Of a DNA stretch of 64,000 nucleotides, positions 8,551-17,715 are shown one piece after another; position 1 is the first letter of the stretch; every line of letters begins with the position of its first letter. A program made the translations under genes and the position numbers. Source of the stretch: an uncultured Candidatus Saccharibacteria bacterium (lineage in GTDB: Bacteria > Patescibacteriota > Doudnabacteria > UBA920 > O2-02-FULL-48-8); the NCBI GenBank assembly GCA_964605735.1, contig CAZSDS010000001.1, positions 703,157 to 767,156 on the forward strand, read 5' to 3'. Below the pieces are notes generated by a model. The model did no database searches, had not been told where the DNA came from, and saw nothing but the letters and a program-made list of their open reading frames with translations.

Positions 8551-9015
8551 TTACTTTGCTTCTTTAATTGCCTGCTGTTCTTCTTCGGTCAGCTGGGATT
8601 TTGAGATTCCTTTTTCAACCTCCTTTGCGTAGACTCTGTTTCCTTCGCGGCCATGCAGAGAGGAAATGACCACGCCGCTGTTGTCTGCATCAAGCAGAGC
8701 GATGACAAAACTGATGCTGCCGCCTGCGTCGTCAAACGGATTAAACCTGATAAAGCCGATTTTCTGGAAATTGTTTTTGTTGGCAGTTGCCAGACCGCTG
8801 ACAAACTGTTCTAAATGGTCAATCTGGCTGTTTATTTTTTTGATGGATTGTTCATGGGAAGCAATGACGTTGTCCAGTTTTTCAGTTACGGCGCCGTCGT
8901 AAAACTCCTGTCTTATGCTGTCTATGTTTTTGACGCGCAAAAACAGCCACACCCACATAAATAACACAAGTACGGACAGCCCTGCGGCACCCAGTGCAAT
9001 ATATTCGTAGTTCAT
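8551..9015 (-). CDS. DUF4446 family membrane-anchored protein
   Basis: N-terminal TM, then the IRFNPFDDAGGSISFVIALLDADNSGVVISSLHGREGNRVYAKEV signature typical of DUF4446. Confidence 0.65.
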   Translation of the reverse strand: MNYEYIALGAAGLSVLVLFMWVWLFLRVKNIDSIRQEFYDGAVTEKLDNVIASHEQSIKKINSQIDHLEQFVSGLATANKNNFQKIGFIRFNPFDDAGGSISFVIALLDADNSGVVISSLHGREGNRVYAKEVEKGISKSQLTEEEQQAIKEAK

Positions 9016-9059
9016 AAATTTCCGTCTTATTATAGCCTAAACAATAAGGTTTGTGAAAA

Positions 9060-9088
9060 TTGGCAGTTAAGCGCGGGTAAGGTATAAT
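9060..9088 (+). promoter_or_regulatory. near-consensus sigma70 promoter (TTGGCA-17-TATAAT)
   Basis: -35 TTGGCA at 9060-9065, 17-bp spacer, -10 TATAAT at 9083-9088. Drives the small ORF and probably tRNA-Ala. Confidence 0.6.
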
Positions 9089-9112
9089 CTTAATGCTCTT
9101 AACAGGAAACTT

Positions 9113-9292
9113 ATGAAAAACAATAATTTGGCTCAGCAGAGCGAAGAACGCGAACTTCGAGTGGTAAAAAAGGATTTTACTTTTGTAGTTGGTTTGAATT
9201 TAATGCTTTTGGCCTTGATGGTGGCTTTGTATTTCTGGAACAGGTCAACTGGACAGCTTGAACACTGGTTTTCGCAGCTGATTAAATTCTAA
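9113..9292 (+). CDS. small (59 aa) single-TM membrane protein, not in the ORF track
   Basis: ATG at 9113 after AGGAAA. It sits between a consensus promoter and tRNA-Ala. The hydrophobic segment is FVVGLNLMLLALMVALYFW. Confidence 0.4.
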   Translation: MKNNNLAQQSEERELRVVKKDFTFVVGLNLMLLALMVALYFWNRSTGQLEHWFSQLIKF

Positions 9293-9387
9293 GTCGTTAT
9301 GTTGCAAGCGTTGCACAGCGTGAACCTGCACGGTTTTTAGTCAGTTTTGCTGTATTCGGCATTCACACCGCCTGCCTTTCTCCTGTT

Positions 9388-9461
9388 GGGGATATAGTAA
9401 AGTGGTATTACATCGCATTCGCATTGCGGAGGCGCGGGTTCGATTCCCGCTATCTCCACCA
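9388..9461 (+). tRNA. tRNA-Ala (CGC)
   Basis: Hand-folded: acceptor GGGGATA/TATCTCC with a G3:U70 pair, anticodon loop TTCGCAT, T-arm GCGGGTTCGATTCCCGC, CCA encoded. Confidence 0.75.
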
Positions 9462-9484
9462 AAGGAAAGTTAGGTGAAATGAAA

Positions 9485-9510
9485 AACGCGGGTTAACCGC
9501 GCTTTTTTGT
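9485..9510. terminator. bidirectional intrinsic terminator
   Basis: CGCGG-GTTAA-CCGCG with a downstream T-run and an upstream A-run. Confidence 0.6.
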
Positions 9511-9517
9511 TTTTTGG

Positions 9518-10747
9518 CTATTTTCTTAAGAAGGCTTCTTTTGGTGAAAGGCCCGTGGCTCTCCGTGCCGGCCAGAATCCGGCAAACACTCCAATGAACG
9601 CGGATGATCCAATACAAAGTGCGGCAAACCACCATGGCGTAATGAACAGATCCACTGGTGTGCCCCCCAAGCGTGAGGCTAAAGTGTTAAAGCCAAGGTT
9701 GAGCAACTCCCCTGCTCCCACACCAAGGACAACTCCTGTGACTCCGCCGGCCAGTCCCATCAACAAAGATTCCATTAAAAACAAATTCCTGACGTCAGAG
9801 TCAGTCGCGCCCAAAGATTTCATAACACCAACCTCATAAATGCGCTCCAGGAAGCTGACAATCATGGTGTTGAACATTCCCACAGCCGAGACAACCAAAG
9901 CGGCAATACCGAACACACCAAGCACAATTGTGATTATGGTTAAAATTCTCCCTGCCTGGTTGACCAAGTCAAGTTTTGCTGAGATCAAGAATCCTTTTTC
10001 CAGCAAGGCGTCCCGTAGCTCATTAACTTCATCCCCGCTTTTGGCTTTGATATAGGTTTCTTTGTAGCCCGGCATCTCCTTGTCCATGGATTGAGCCAAA
10101 ACATAGACGACTGGCGGCTCGGCTTCGTTTGTGATTAAGCCCAAAATGGGCAAGTCACGTTTTGAGTTTATTTCCTGCGTGATCTCCCCTTGGTCATTTT
10201 CAATGGCAATATGTATTCCCAACTGCTTGCCTAATGCCGTGGCATCTTCAGGCAAGCCAAAAATCTTTGCCGTTTGCAGGGTTATGATCACGCCTTCGCT
10301 GGCGTTTTTTATTTGGTTTCCAACATCCGGGATCGTGCCGGAAAGCCGGAAGAAATTTTCATTGATTGTACGGACCAGGATGCCGCTTCCCAAAGCTTCG
10401 CCTGCCCTAACTTCGCCTTGAAACTCCGCCACCGGGCTTATTTCCGCTGTTAACGGTAGGTTTGCGATTTCCTGTACCTGCTCTGCTCTGATTGTCAGGC
10501 CGCTCTCCTGCGGATAATATGCTTGAACGGTAAGCAGTGAATCTTCTGTGGTGATAAGGCGGCCAAGCAATACGTATTGCAAGCCATACCCAAGCGAAAT
10601 CAAAAAGACAACCGTGGCAATGCCAATGGACGTGCCAAAAATCGTCAAAAAAGTCCTGGTTGGTTTTACCGTAAAAATTCTGGTTGAAAGCCTAACCAGG
10701 TCAAACAGCCTTAGTTTGTGGTTTGTTTGTTGAGTGGATTGTTCCAT
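9518..10747 (-). CDS. ABC transporter permease, FtsX/MacB family
   Basis: An N-terminal TM, a large periplasmic domain, then a C-terminal FtsX-type four-TM bundle. Confidence 0.8.
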   Translation of the reverse strand: MEQSTQQTNHKLRLFDLVRLSTRIFTVKPTRTFLTIFGTSIGIATVVFLISLGYGLQYVLLGRLITTEDSLLTVQAYYPQESGLTIRAEQVQEIANLPLTAEISPVAEFQGEVRAGEALGSGILVRTINENFFRLSGTIPDVGNQIKNASEGVIITLQTAKIFGLPEDATALGKQLGIHIAIENDQGEITQEINSKRDLPILGLITNEAEPPVVYVLAQSMDKEMPGYKETYIKAKSGDEVNELRDALLEKGFLISAKLDLVNQAGRILTIITIVLGVFGIAALVVSAVGMFNTMIVSFLERIYEVGVMKSLGATDSDVRNLFLMESLLMGLAGGVTGVVLGVGAGELLNLGFNTLASRLGGTPVDLFITPWWFAALCIGSSAFIGVFAGFWPARRATGLSPKEAFLRK

Positions 10748-10767
10748 TTGTTTTGGTGTCTAGTTGG

Positions 10768-12066
10768 TTAGTCAACCTGTCCGGCTGGCAGTTGTTTGGA
10801 GGAAAGGGCAAGTTCGAGTTTTTCCGCCATGCGCTGGGAGCTGCGCAACGGTATTCCCACTCCCATTTTGCTCTTTGGCAGGTTCAGCACTTTCTGGAAA
10901 GATTCATAATCGATTATATTTACGATTCTTTCGCGGATAATCTCATCAAGTCGTTCGATTTGCAGGTAGTCCAAAGTTCCTTTGTATCCTTGCAAAAGCC
11001 ATTTTCGGATCAGCATCATTTCTTCGTAAGGAGGATTTTCCGGGTTGGTTTCAAAAATTTTATGGATTTCGTCCAGTTTGGCTTTTTCCTGGATCAGATC
11101 CTCCACAAACAAACTGATCTTGCTCGCTTTTTGGAACCACAAGCCAATTCCACCTTCTTTGTAGGGGCGGTCCAGTTCCCATAAAAACTGCTGAGCAGTA
11201 ATTTTTCTATCGAGTCTGTCGCGGATCAGTTTTTGGAATCGTTCCATTTCTTCCCTTGAAAAACCCCGCAGGAACATGCTTGAAAGTGACTTGGCGGCAA
11301 CCTCGTTTGGTTCGGCCTGCTGATCAATTTGCCCGAACATATGTTTGGTGATTGATTTTCTCAGTGTTTTCGGAGTCGGGGTTTCTGTTTTTACAACCTG
11401 CCCATCTTTGATGTAGAAAATTTTCTTGGCATCGCGCAAGCTCCAGGCTTCGTGAGTGACCATGATGACAGTGCGGTTGTCTTTTTCGTTCAGCTCTTTC
11501 AAGAACTCTAGAACTTTTTGGGAGTTTTCAGAGTCAAGGTTTCCCAGCGGTTCGTCAGCGATTAATATTGGGGGGTTGTTCGCCAGTGCGCGCGCTATGC
11601 CGACGCGTTGTTGTTGTCCGCCGGATAATTCATAAGGCAGGCGCTCCGCCAAATTGCTGATTCCCAATCTGTCCAGCAGTTCCATGGCTCTCTTGCGGCG
11701 CCTGTCAGCGGAAATCCCAAGGAAAGCCATTGGCAAAGCCACATTATTGGCCACGCTCAATGTTGGAATCAGATTGAATTGCTGGAAAATCATGCCAACC
11801 CCCACCTGGCGGTAAATTGCCAGTTCCTGGGAAGTAAAATTGGCGATGTCACGGCCGTTGATTTTCAATTCACCGGCCTGCGATTTTTCAATGCCTGAAA
11901 TAAGGTAAAGCAAAGAAGTTTTCCCGGATCCGGACGGCCCAAAAAACGCGGCATACTCTCCCCTGTTGATGGTCAAGTTGATGTCTTTAAGCGCCCACGT
12001 TTCAGAGGGCTTGTCTTTGTTGTACCAAAAATTAACTTTGTTAAGTTCGATGATCGGCTCAGCCAT
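10768..12066 (-). CDS. ABC transporter ATP-binding protein (MacB/LolD-like) with ~200-aa C-terminal extension of unknown function
   Basis: Walker A GPSGSGKTS, signature LSGGQQQRV, Walker B ILIADEP. 432 aa against a normal 230 or so. Confidence 0.8.
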   Translation of the reverse strand: MAEPIIELNKVNFWYNKDKPSETWALKDINLTINRGEYAAFFGPSGSGKTSLLYLISGIEKSQAGELKINGRDIANFTSQELAIYRQVGVGMIFQQFNLIPTLSVANNVALPMAFLGISADRRRKRAMELLDRLGISNLAERLPYELSGGQQQRVGIARALANNPPILIADEPLGNLDSENSQKVLEFLKELNEKDNRTVIMVTHEAWSLRDAKKIFYIKDGQVVKTETPTPKTLRKSITKHMFGQIDQQAEPNEVAAKSLSSMFLRGFSREEMERFQKLIRDRLDRKITAQQFLWELDRPYKEGGIGLWFQKASKISLFVEDLIQEKAKLDEIHKIFETNPENPPYEEMMLIRKWLLQGYKGTLDYLQIERLDEIIRERIVNIIDYESFQKVLNLPKSKMGVGIPLRSSQRMAEKLELALSSKQLPAGQVD

Positions 12067-12086
12067 TTTGAAATTAAAATTACGTT

Positions 12087-12530
12087 TTAAGCGAATCGTT
12101 CAATAACAGCAACCATGTCCTGCGGCAGGTGATCATCTTTGACCAGGTATTCATCTGCGCCGAGCTCTTTGGCCTTTTTGCGGTACTTGGATTCTGTGAA
12201 TCCGGAGAAAATTATGACGACCGTATTTTTAAGTTTGGGGTTGCCTTTTATTTTTTTCAAAAGCTCAAATCCGGTTTCGTCAGTTCTGGTTGATTTGTTG
12301 CCGTCAATCATTGGCATGGACAAATCTAAAAGGACCAACGAAGGTTTTTTCTTGGGGTTCATGATGACTTTTTCCGCTTCGTTTATTCCGGCGGTTATCG
12401 TCAGTTCGAACTTATTTTCCAGCCCGTGCAGCCAGAAAATATCTTTTATGTACATTCGGACAATTTCACTGTCGTCAACCAGCAAAACCTTGGTTTTTTG
12501 CTTCTTTTTCGTTGCGGTTTTTGTTGTCAT
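12087..12530 (-). CDS. stand-alone response regulator receiver domain (CheY-like)
   Basis: KVLLVDDSE...LLDLSMP...K conserved Asp/Lys positions. Confidence 0.75.
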   Translation of the reverse strand: MTTKTATKKKQKTKVLLVDDSEIVRMYIKDIFWLHGLENKFELTITAGINEAEKVIMNPKKKPSLVLLDLSMPMIDGNKSTRTDETGFELLKKIKGNPKLKNTVVIIFSGFTESKYRKKAKELGADEYLVKDDHLPQDMVAVIERFA

Positions 12531-12582
12531 ATGGGTAAAAATTTTCAGGTTTATTATATCACAAATCTGCTCAGGAAGAATA

Positions 12583-12611
12583 AAAACCCCTCAGTTTTGA
12601 GGGGTTTTTTT
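12583..12611. terminator. bidirectional intrinsic terminator
   Basis: AAAAA-CCCCTC-agtttt-GAGGGG-TTTTTTT. Confidence 0.7.
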
Positions 12612-12622
12612 AGAAGCTTCAA

Positions 12623-15600
12623 TTACTGTCGCAAGAACTTGAAGGTGTCTTCAAAATTTTTGAAGATGACATCCAAAATTGACTCTGTCTGGCGCGGCAC
12701 TACAATTGTTCTGACTGGGAACGAGGTGGTGTTGCCGGACTGGTCAGTGGATTCGATCTGAATGCGGTAGATGCCGCCTGGTTTAAGCGTGGTCAGGATG
12801 ACTGTGTGTTCCGTGACTGTGTTGTTGGTAATTTCCACTTTATTGGTCAGCGGCCTGTCAGCAGCGCCTGTTCCTTCTTCGTAACGGACAATTGAAGTGG
12901 CTGGTTCATTCGTCTTCCACGCGACAATTGTCTGGGTGCGGTCCTGTCTGCCAGGAACCAGCGCGGTTTCAATCTTCAAACCGCTGATTTCCGGCGCTGA
13001 CTCATCTTGCGTTGTGGTGATGATTGTTGGGGCTCCGCCTTCAATCATGTTGCCATTGGCCGCGTAGCCGTAAACCGTGACTTCATAAGAGGTTGCCGGC
13101 AGCAGGTTCTCAATTACCATTGAGTGGCTGGTTGTGCGGTTTTCGTCAGATTTCTGCAAAACTTCACTTGTGGCCATGTTCTTATACTGCACCACGGTGG
13201 TGGTTGCTGTTGGTGTTGACCAGGAAGCGCGGAAAGAGTTGTTTGTAATTTCCGTGATGCGGCCTTGCACCGGCAGAGGTCTGGTTGTGAAAGTCTGTTC
13301 CCTGCCCTGACCAACTGCTCCTGGTATGCTGAAGCTTTTTGGCAAAATTCTGTACGTGGTGTTTGGTTTGAGGTTAACCAGTTTGATCTCGTGTTGAGTA
13401 ACTTTAGTTGATGTGTTTGAAGCCTCGTTTGGATATTCTGTACTGCCGGCTGGAACCTGGGATTCTTCCGCGTAGTTCAAGACAGAAAAGGCTTTAATGT
13501 TTGTGCGCCACCTTACAGTTGCGCTGTCCGGGGTGATGTCCACCACTTCAGGCCGGTCAATGAATGGTGGAACCAAGCTAGGCAAGGCTGATTCAATAGC
13601 CTCTTCAATAGCCGCCTGGAATTGCTCAGCATCTTCAATATCAATACTGCCTTCAGTGAAGTACTTGGTTTCAAGGTTTGCCGGTGTGTCTGTTTTTGAG
13701 TTTCCGCCTTTGTCCACTGCTTTTACGCGGTAGTAGTAAGTTGTGCCCATTGTCAGGCCGCGCATTTGAATATTATGCTGCTGGGCAAAATCAGCGCTGG
13801 AAGCAGTAAGCCCATAATCTTCTGTCTTGCCGTATTCAACTATACCGATGGTGTCTTCATTGGTGCTGAAGGCGATTTCTGCAGAAAATGAAGTGATGTT
13901 ATTCGCCACGACTCCGGTAATGTTAGGCGCAGTGGTATCTAGGGTAACGGATGACCCTCCTCCCCCGCCTCCAACCTGCTGGATAATGGTTGTTTCGTCA
14001 GTGGTGAACTGTCCGACGTCAGAAATTGTTTCATTTCCTGCCTCATCAGTTGATTTTACTCGGAAGTAGTAAGTGGTGTTTTCTTCAAGTCCGGTAATTG
14101 AAACCACGTGGAAAATGGACAACGTTTCAATCAGGTCAGTTTCGGTATCAAGGTCATCCTCTGCCAAGCCCCAATCCAGTTGTGAAGTGGCAAGCTCATT
14201 GGTTTGCCAGATCACAACAGCAGCCGTGGCAGCAATCACCGGCGTGTCGATTCCGGTAATGACAGGCGCCTGGTTGTCTGTTGTGGTAACAAAGGAGTAG
14301 TAACTGCCGCCATTGGTGTCAGTGGTTGTGTTTTCCTGGTCGTCCGTGGACTGGACTGAGTAATAATATGTGGTGCCCGCGTCCAAGCCAGTCAGGTTCA
14401 CTGAGTGCTGGAAAGGAGCTGAGCCGCCGACCAAAGATGCAGTTCCAACCTGTGTTGGGTTTGCCAGGGTCGGGCTTGTTGAATAGTTTACGAAAGAATC
14501 CGAGTCTGCGTTTGTAGTCCAGAATATTGTTGCCGAATGATCACCAACGCTGGTTTCCGTGACACCGGAAACTACCGGGCCGGATACTGTGGTAAAGTTA
14601 TACCCTGCCCCGTCATTGTCTTTGGTGGTGGCGTTCCCCAGCGGGTCATTGGATTTGACTCGGAATAAGTAAGTGGTGTTTGGAGTCAGGTTGCGCAGAG
14701 TGACTGAGTGCGAGGTGACAAAAGATGAAACCGCCTGGCCTACGTCAAAGGTTGTTGCCGGGGAAATAGAAAAGTCCACGCGAGAATCAGAAAGCTCGTC
14801 AGTGGTCCACGTAATAGTGGCTGTGGTTGACTGGACATCAGCCACGGTGATGTTCGTGATTACCGGGGCAGAGTTATCCGTACCACCTTGTCCGTCAGCG
14901 GTGTCTGAAACAACATCAGAGAATCCGCTGATGTCTCCGTCAGTGTCCACTGTGCGGACTTTGTAGTAATAAGTGGTTTCTTGGTCCAGGGTAAAGTCTG
15001 CGAAGTAGTTGACGTTAATGTCCGTGATGGTGGAATGAAGAGAGAACGAACTACCGTCCGTTGACCGGTAGATTTCATACTGTTCAAACTCAGAACCTGC
15101 TTCCTCAGTGTAAACCTCCCAGGAAATAAATTCGGTGTAATTTTCTGCGCTGACATTGGAGATGTCCTTGATAAACATCTTGTTAGGGTTTGGGGTGTTT
15201 GGCGAAACAGCTGTTACAGAAGTGATGTTTCCGTTTGCGTCCATAACCTGCAGGTAAACCGTGAAGTGATTAGGAATTGGGGCAAAGTTCCAATTTGGGC
15301 TTAGGTCTATAGAGTTCCCGCCCGCGTCCTGCCATTCACCGGAAGTCGCGTTGCGTCCGTCCGCAGACATGTCGGAGTTGTTGGATAACCTGTAGGACAG
15401 CCCCGCGTCATCATCAGCCGTAATTTGAACCTTGCCCTGGCTTACATCCAAATTTAAAGTGACACTAGGCGGAGTCGTGTCTAATGTGAATTCTCCGGAT
15501 GTGGCTTGGGCAGTATTATTGGCTGATTCGTTGTCGTTTATCGTCACGCGAACTTGCGCGGTAGTCACATAGTTGTCCGGTATCTGGCTGAGGGCGTCCC

Positions 15601-17539
15601 AAACCGCAGTGTATGAGGTATAGCCAACCTCCTCCACTTCCTTGTTGTTTGTGTCGCCTGCGGCCAGGGATTGCGAATTGATCGCGACCCATCCCCCGCC
15701 AATATTATATTGGAACGAAGGTGTCACAAAGCCAGGGGTTGTTGTGCCGGTAGTTGTGTCAACGTCACGAATATTATATGTGATCAGAACCTTGCCGACG
15801 TCAGGGCTGTCCGGGTCAGTCTCATGCACTGCTGAAACTGAGTCAGATGGGTCAAAGTTCGGCGGAGCGTTAACAACGTAAGTAACCGTAATACTGCTGA
15901 ATGTTGGCGTTGCAACGCCGTTGCCGCCAAGAATGACCTTGTATTGGAACCACCGGTCATTGCTGCCCGATCTGAGCGGGTTAGATGAGGCAATGGTTAC
16001 GTTGTTGTTTGCTGAAACAAAATAGTTGCTTCCGTCGCACGAACTGCCGGTGTCGGAAAACCCGCACCAGCCGCTCCAGGTTGCGCCATCCGGAGATGTG
16101 CGGATTTGAACGCGGGCGGTTTCTGTGACAGAAGTGCCTGATGCAGTCCAGGCAACCTTTGCCACCAGGGTTTCAGTGTCCCCTGCGTCAAATGGTGATG
16201 AAATCACTTCTGCTCCTGAGTACATCCCACTATATGTGAGCGATGAGCTTGTGATTGGTCTAGGAGTGTCGCTGCCCCCCGTAACAAACGACGCCATGGC
16301 GTTAGCGGTGTTACGAGAATCATTTGTAGTCCAAGTAGCTGTTTCATTCGTTAATGCCGAAGATGATGTCCTATACTGTACCATGTGTTGTCCGTTATCA
16401 CTGCTTACTTCGGTATAACTGGCATTTGGCCCTGAGACTGATGTGGAGCCGACTTGTGTAGCAACACACAACACGAAAACATTAGCAACTGTATTGAGTC
16501 CTGAAGAACAAGGATGGATTGTAGCGGAAATGTTAGAGGTGCTGCCTGTGGTGTCGAGTGGGTCATAATGATCAGCACCAGCAAGTTCAAAAGCATAAAT
16601 TCTGAAGGTTGAACCTACGGTCGCAGCCTGTACTGTGACAGTAGTTGTTCCGCCTGTGACATTTTTTGCGTAATAGATGTGTTCTTGTCGGAAGTTAGTA
16701 CCAGTGAATGAAATTGCAGTAGAGTAAGTGTTACCAGCGTTGTCTGAAGCGGAATAAGCGATTCCAGAACTATCTACCTGCGACATCGCAACAACAATCA
16801 AGTTGCCGGGAGTTACATTCGGAAGTACCGCTTGTGCACTGATTCCTGAGTTAGATCCGCTTGTTTGTTGGACAACCGTTGGCGGGGCAATTGGATAAGG
16901 CACTGCCCTCCACTGCAAGTTTGTACCAGGCGAGGCGAAGGTATGCAGTTGCCCTGGTCTTACCCTCTCCCAAGTTGATCCCCCATTGTTTGATAATTCA
17001 TAATATAAGCTTCCAGTGCCAGCCCCCTCTGTTGCTGTTAGGGTGGCTGAATTTACGGAAGTGCCTGCCGCATTTGCCTGAGTAGATTGGGCAGGGTCTG
17101 TAGTAACCAAATTCGAGTAAGTTCCAAGTTGGATGTTGGATCCTATTAGTGCTCCTGTTTGCGTTGAGTATTTATTCCAATTGGTCTGGTCTGCCGGGTG
17201 GGCCGCTGTTGAGGCACTAACTCCCCCGCTCCAGCTGTTTTGGGTAAAGGTATAGGATGCGGCTGAGCTAGGCGTGCCACCGTACAAAAGAACCCACGCA
17301 AAAATAGCCAACAATAATGTTGTTGCTGACAGTGTTCTCCAGCGCGGTTCGCTGACTTTGAGAAAACCCAGCACTTTCCTTGGAATGACAAAAACAACCC
17401 AAGACAGTTTTCTAAAAAAACTGTCGGATTTTACCTTTTTGTTATTTGTGGTTTTTCTGGGCATGTCAGTCACGTTTGCACTATTTGTGAATGCTGATTT
17501 CTCCGACTGATTTCCCGAACCAATAGGATTTTCATCCAT
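12623..17539 (-). CDS. giant (1638 aa) cell-surface protein with N-terminal signal anchor and multiple Fn3-like repeats
   Basis: An N-terminal TM (LLLAIFAWVLLYGG), Thr/Ser-rich beta-rich repeats with ATITWTT.ELSDSRVDFS-type Fn3 / PAP-N-like units, and a GGGGGGSS linker. Confidence 0.7.
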   Translation of the reverse strand: MDENPIGSGNQSEKSAFTNSANVTDMPRKTTNNKKVKSDSFFRKLSWVVFVIPRKVLGFLKVSEPRWRTLSATTLLLAIFAWVLLYGGTPSSAASYTFTQNSWSGGVSASTAAHPADQTNWNKYSTQTGALIGSNIQLGTYSNLVTTDPAQSTQANAAGTSVNSATLTATEGAGTGSLYYELSNNGGSTWERVRPGQLHTFASPGTNLQWRAVPYPIAPPTVVQQTSGSNSGISAQAVLPNVTPGNLIVVAMSQVDSSGIAYSASDNAGNTYSTAISFTGTNFRQEHIYYAKNVTGGTTTVTVQAATVGSTFRIYAFELAGADHYDPLDTTGSTSNISATIHPCSSGLNTVANVFVLCVATQVGSTSVSGPNASYTEVSSDNGQHMVQYRTSSSALTNETATWTTNDSRNTANAMASFVTGGSDTPRPITSSSLTYSGMYSGAEVISSPFDAGDTETLVAKVAWTASGTSVTETARVQIRTSPDGATWSGWCGFSDTGSSCDGSNYFVSANNNVTIASSNPLRSGSNDRWFQYKVILGGNGVATPTFSSITVTYVVNAPPNFDPSDSVSAVHETDPDSPDVGKVLITYNIRDVDTTTGTTTPGFVTPSFQYNIGGGWVAINSQSLAAGDTNNKEVEEVGYTSYTAVWDALSQIPDNYVTTAQVRVTINDNESANNTAQATSGEFTLDTTPPSVTLNLDVSQGKVQITADDDAGLSYRLSNNSDMSADGRNATSGEWQDAGGNSIDLSPNWNFAPIPNHFTVYLQVMDANGNITSVTAVSPNTPNPNKMFIKDISNVSAENYTEFISWEVYTEEAGSEFEQYEIYRSTDGSSFSLHSTITDINVNYFADFTLDQETTYYYKVRTVDTDGDISGFSDVVSDTADGQGGTDNSAPVITNITVADVQSTTATITWTTDELSDSRVDFSISPATTFDVGQAVSSFVTSHSVTLRNLTPNTTYLFRVKSNDPLGNATTKDNDGAGYNFTTVSGPVVSGVTETSVGDHSATIFWTTNADSDSFVNYSTSPTLANPTQVGTASLVGGSAPFQHSVNLTGLDAGTTYYYSVQSTDDQENTTTDTNGGSYYSFVTTTDNQAPVITGIDTPVIAATAAVVIWQTNELATSQLDWGLAEDDLDTETDLIETLSIFHVVSITGLEENTTYYFRVKSTDEAGNETISDVGQFTTDETTIIQQVGGGGGGSSVTLDTTAPNITGVVANNITSFSAEIAFSTNEDTIGIVEYGKTEDYGLTASSADFAQQHNIQMRGLTMGTTYYYRVKAVDKGGNSKTDTPANLETKYFTEGSIDIEDAEQFQAAIEEAIESALPSLVPPFIDRPEVVDITPDSATVRWRTNIKAFSVLNYAEESQVPAGSTEYPNEASNTSTKVTQHEIKLVNLKPNTTYRILPKSFSIPGAVGQGREQTFTTRPLPVQGRITEITNNSFRASWSTPTATTTVVQYKNMATSEVLQKSDENRTTSHSMVIENLLPATSYEVTVYGYAANGNMIEGGAPTIITTTQDESAPEISGLKIETALVPGRQDRTQTIVAWKTNEPATSIVRYEEGTGAADRPLTNKVEITNNTVTEHTVILTTLKPGGIYRIQIESTDQSGNTTSFPVRTIVVPRQTESILDVIFKNFEDTFKFLRQ

Positions 17540-17715
17540 TTTGTTTTTGTTTCTGATATCTGCTCATTTTGGCAGACAGAAATATATTAACCAACTCAAT
17601 TATACCACAAGAACTTGAATTTGTCCAGCAAAATATAATGGTTGATACTGGCAATTCCAAGAGGTTTACTTAATCATATTTGTTTAAGGAACAAAAGAAA
17701 CTTGTGTTTATGGTT

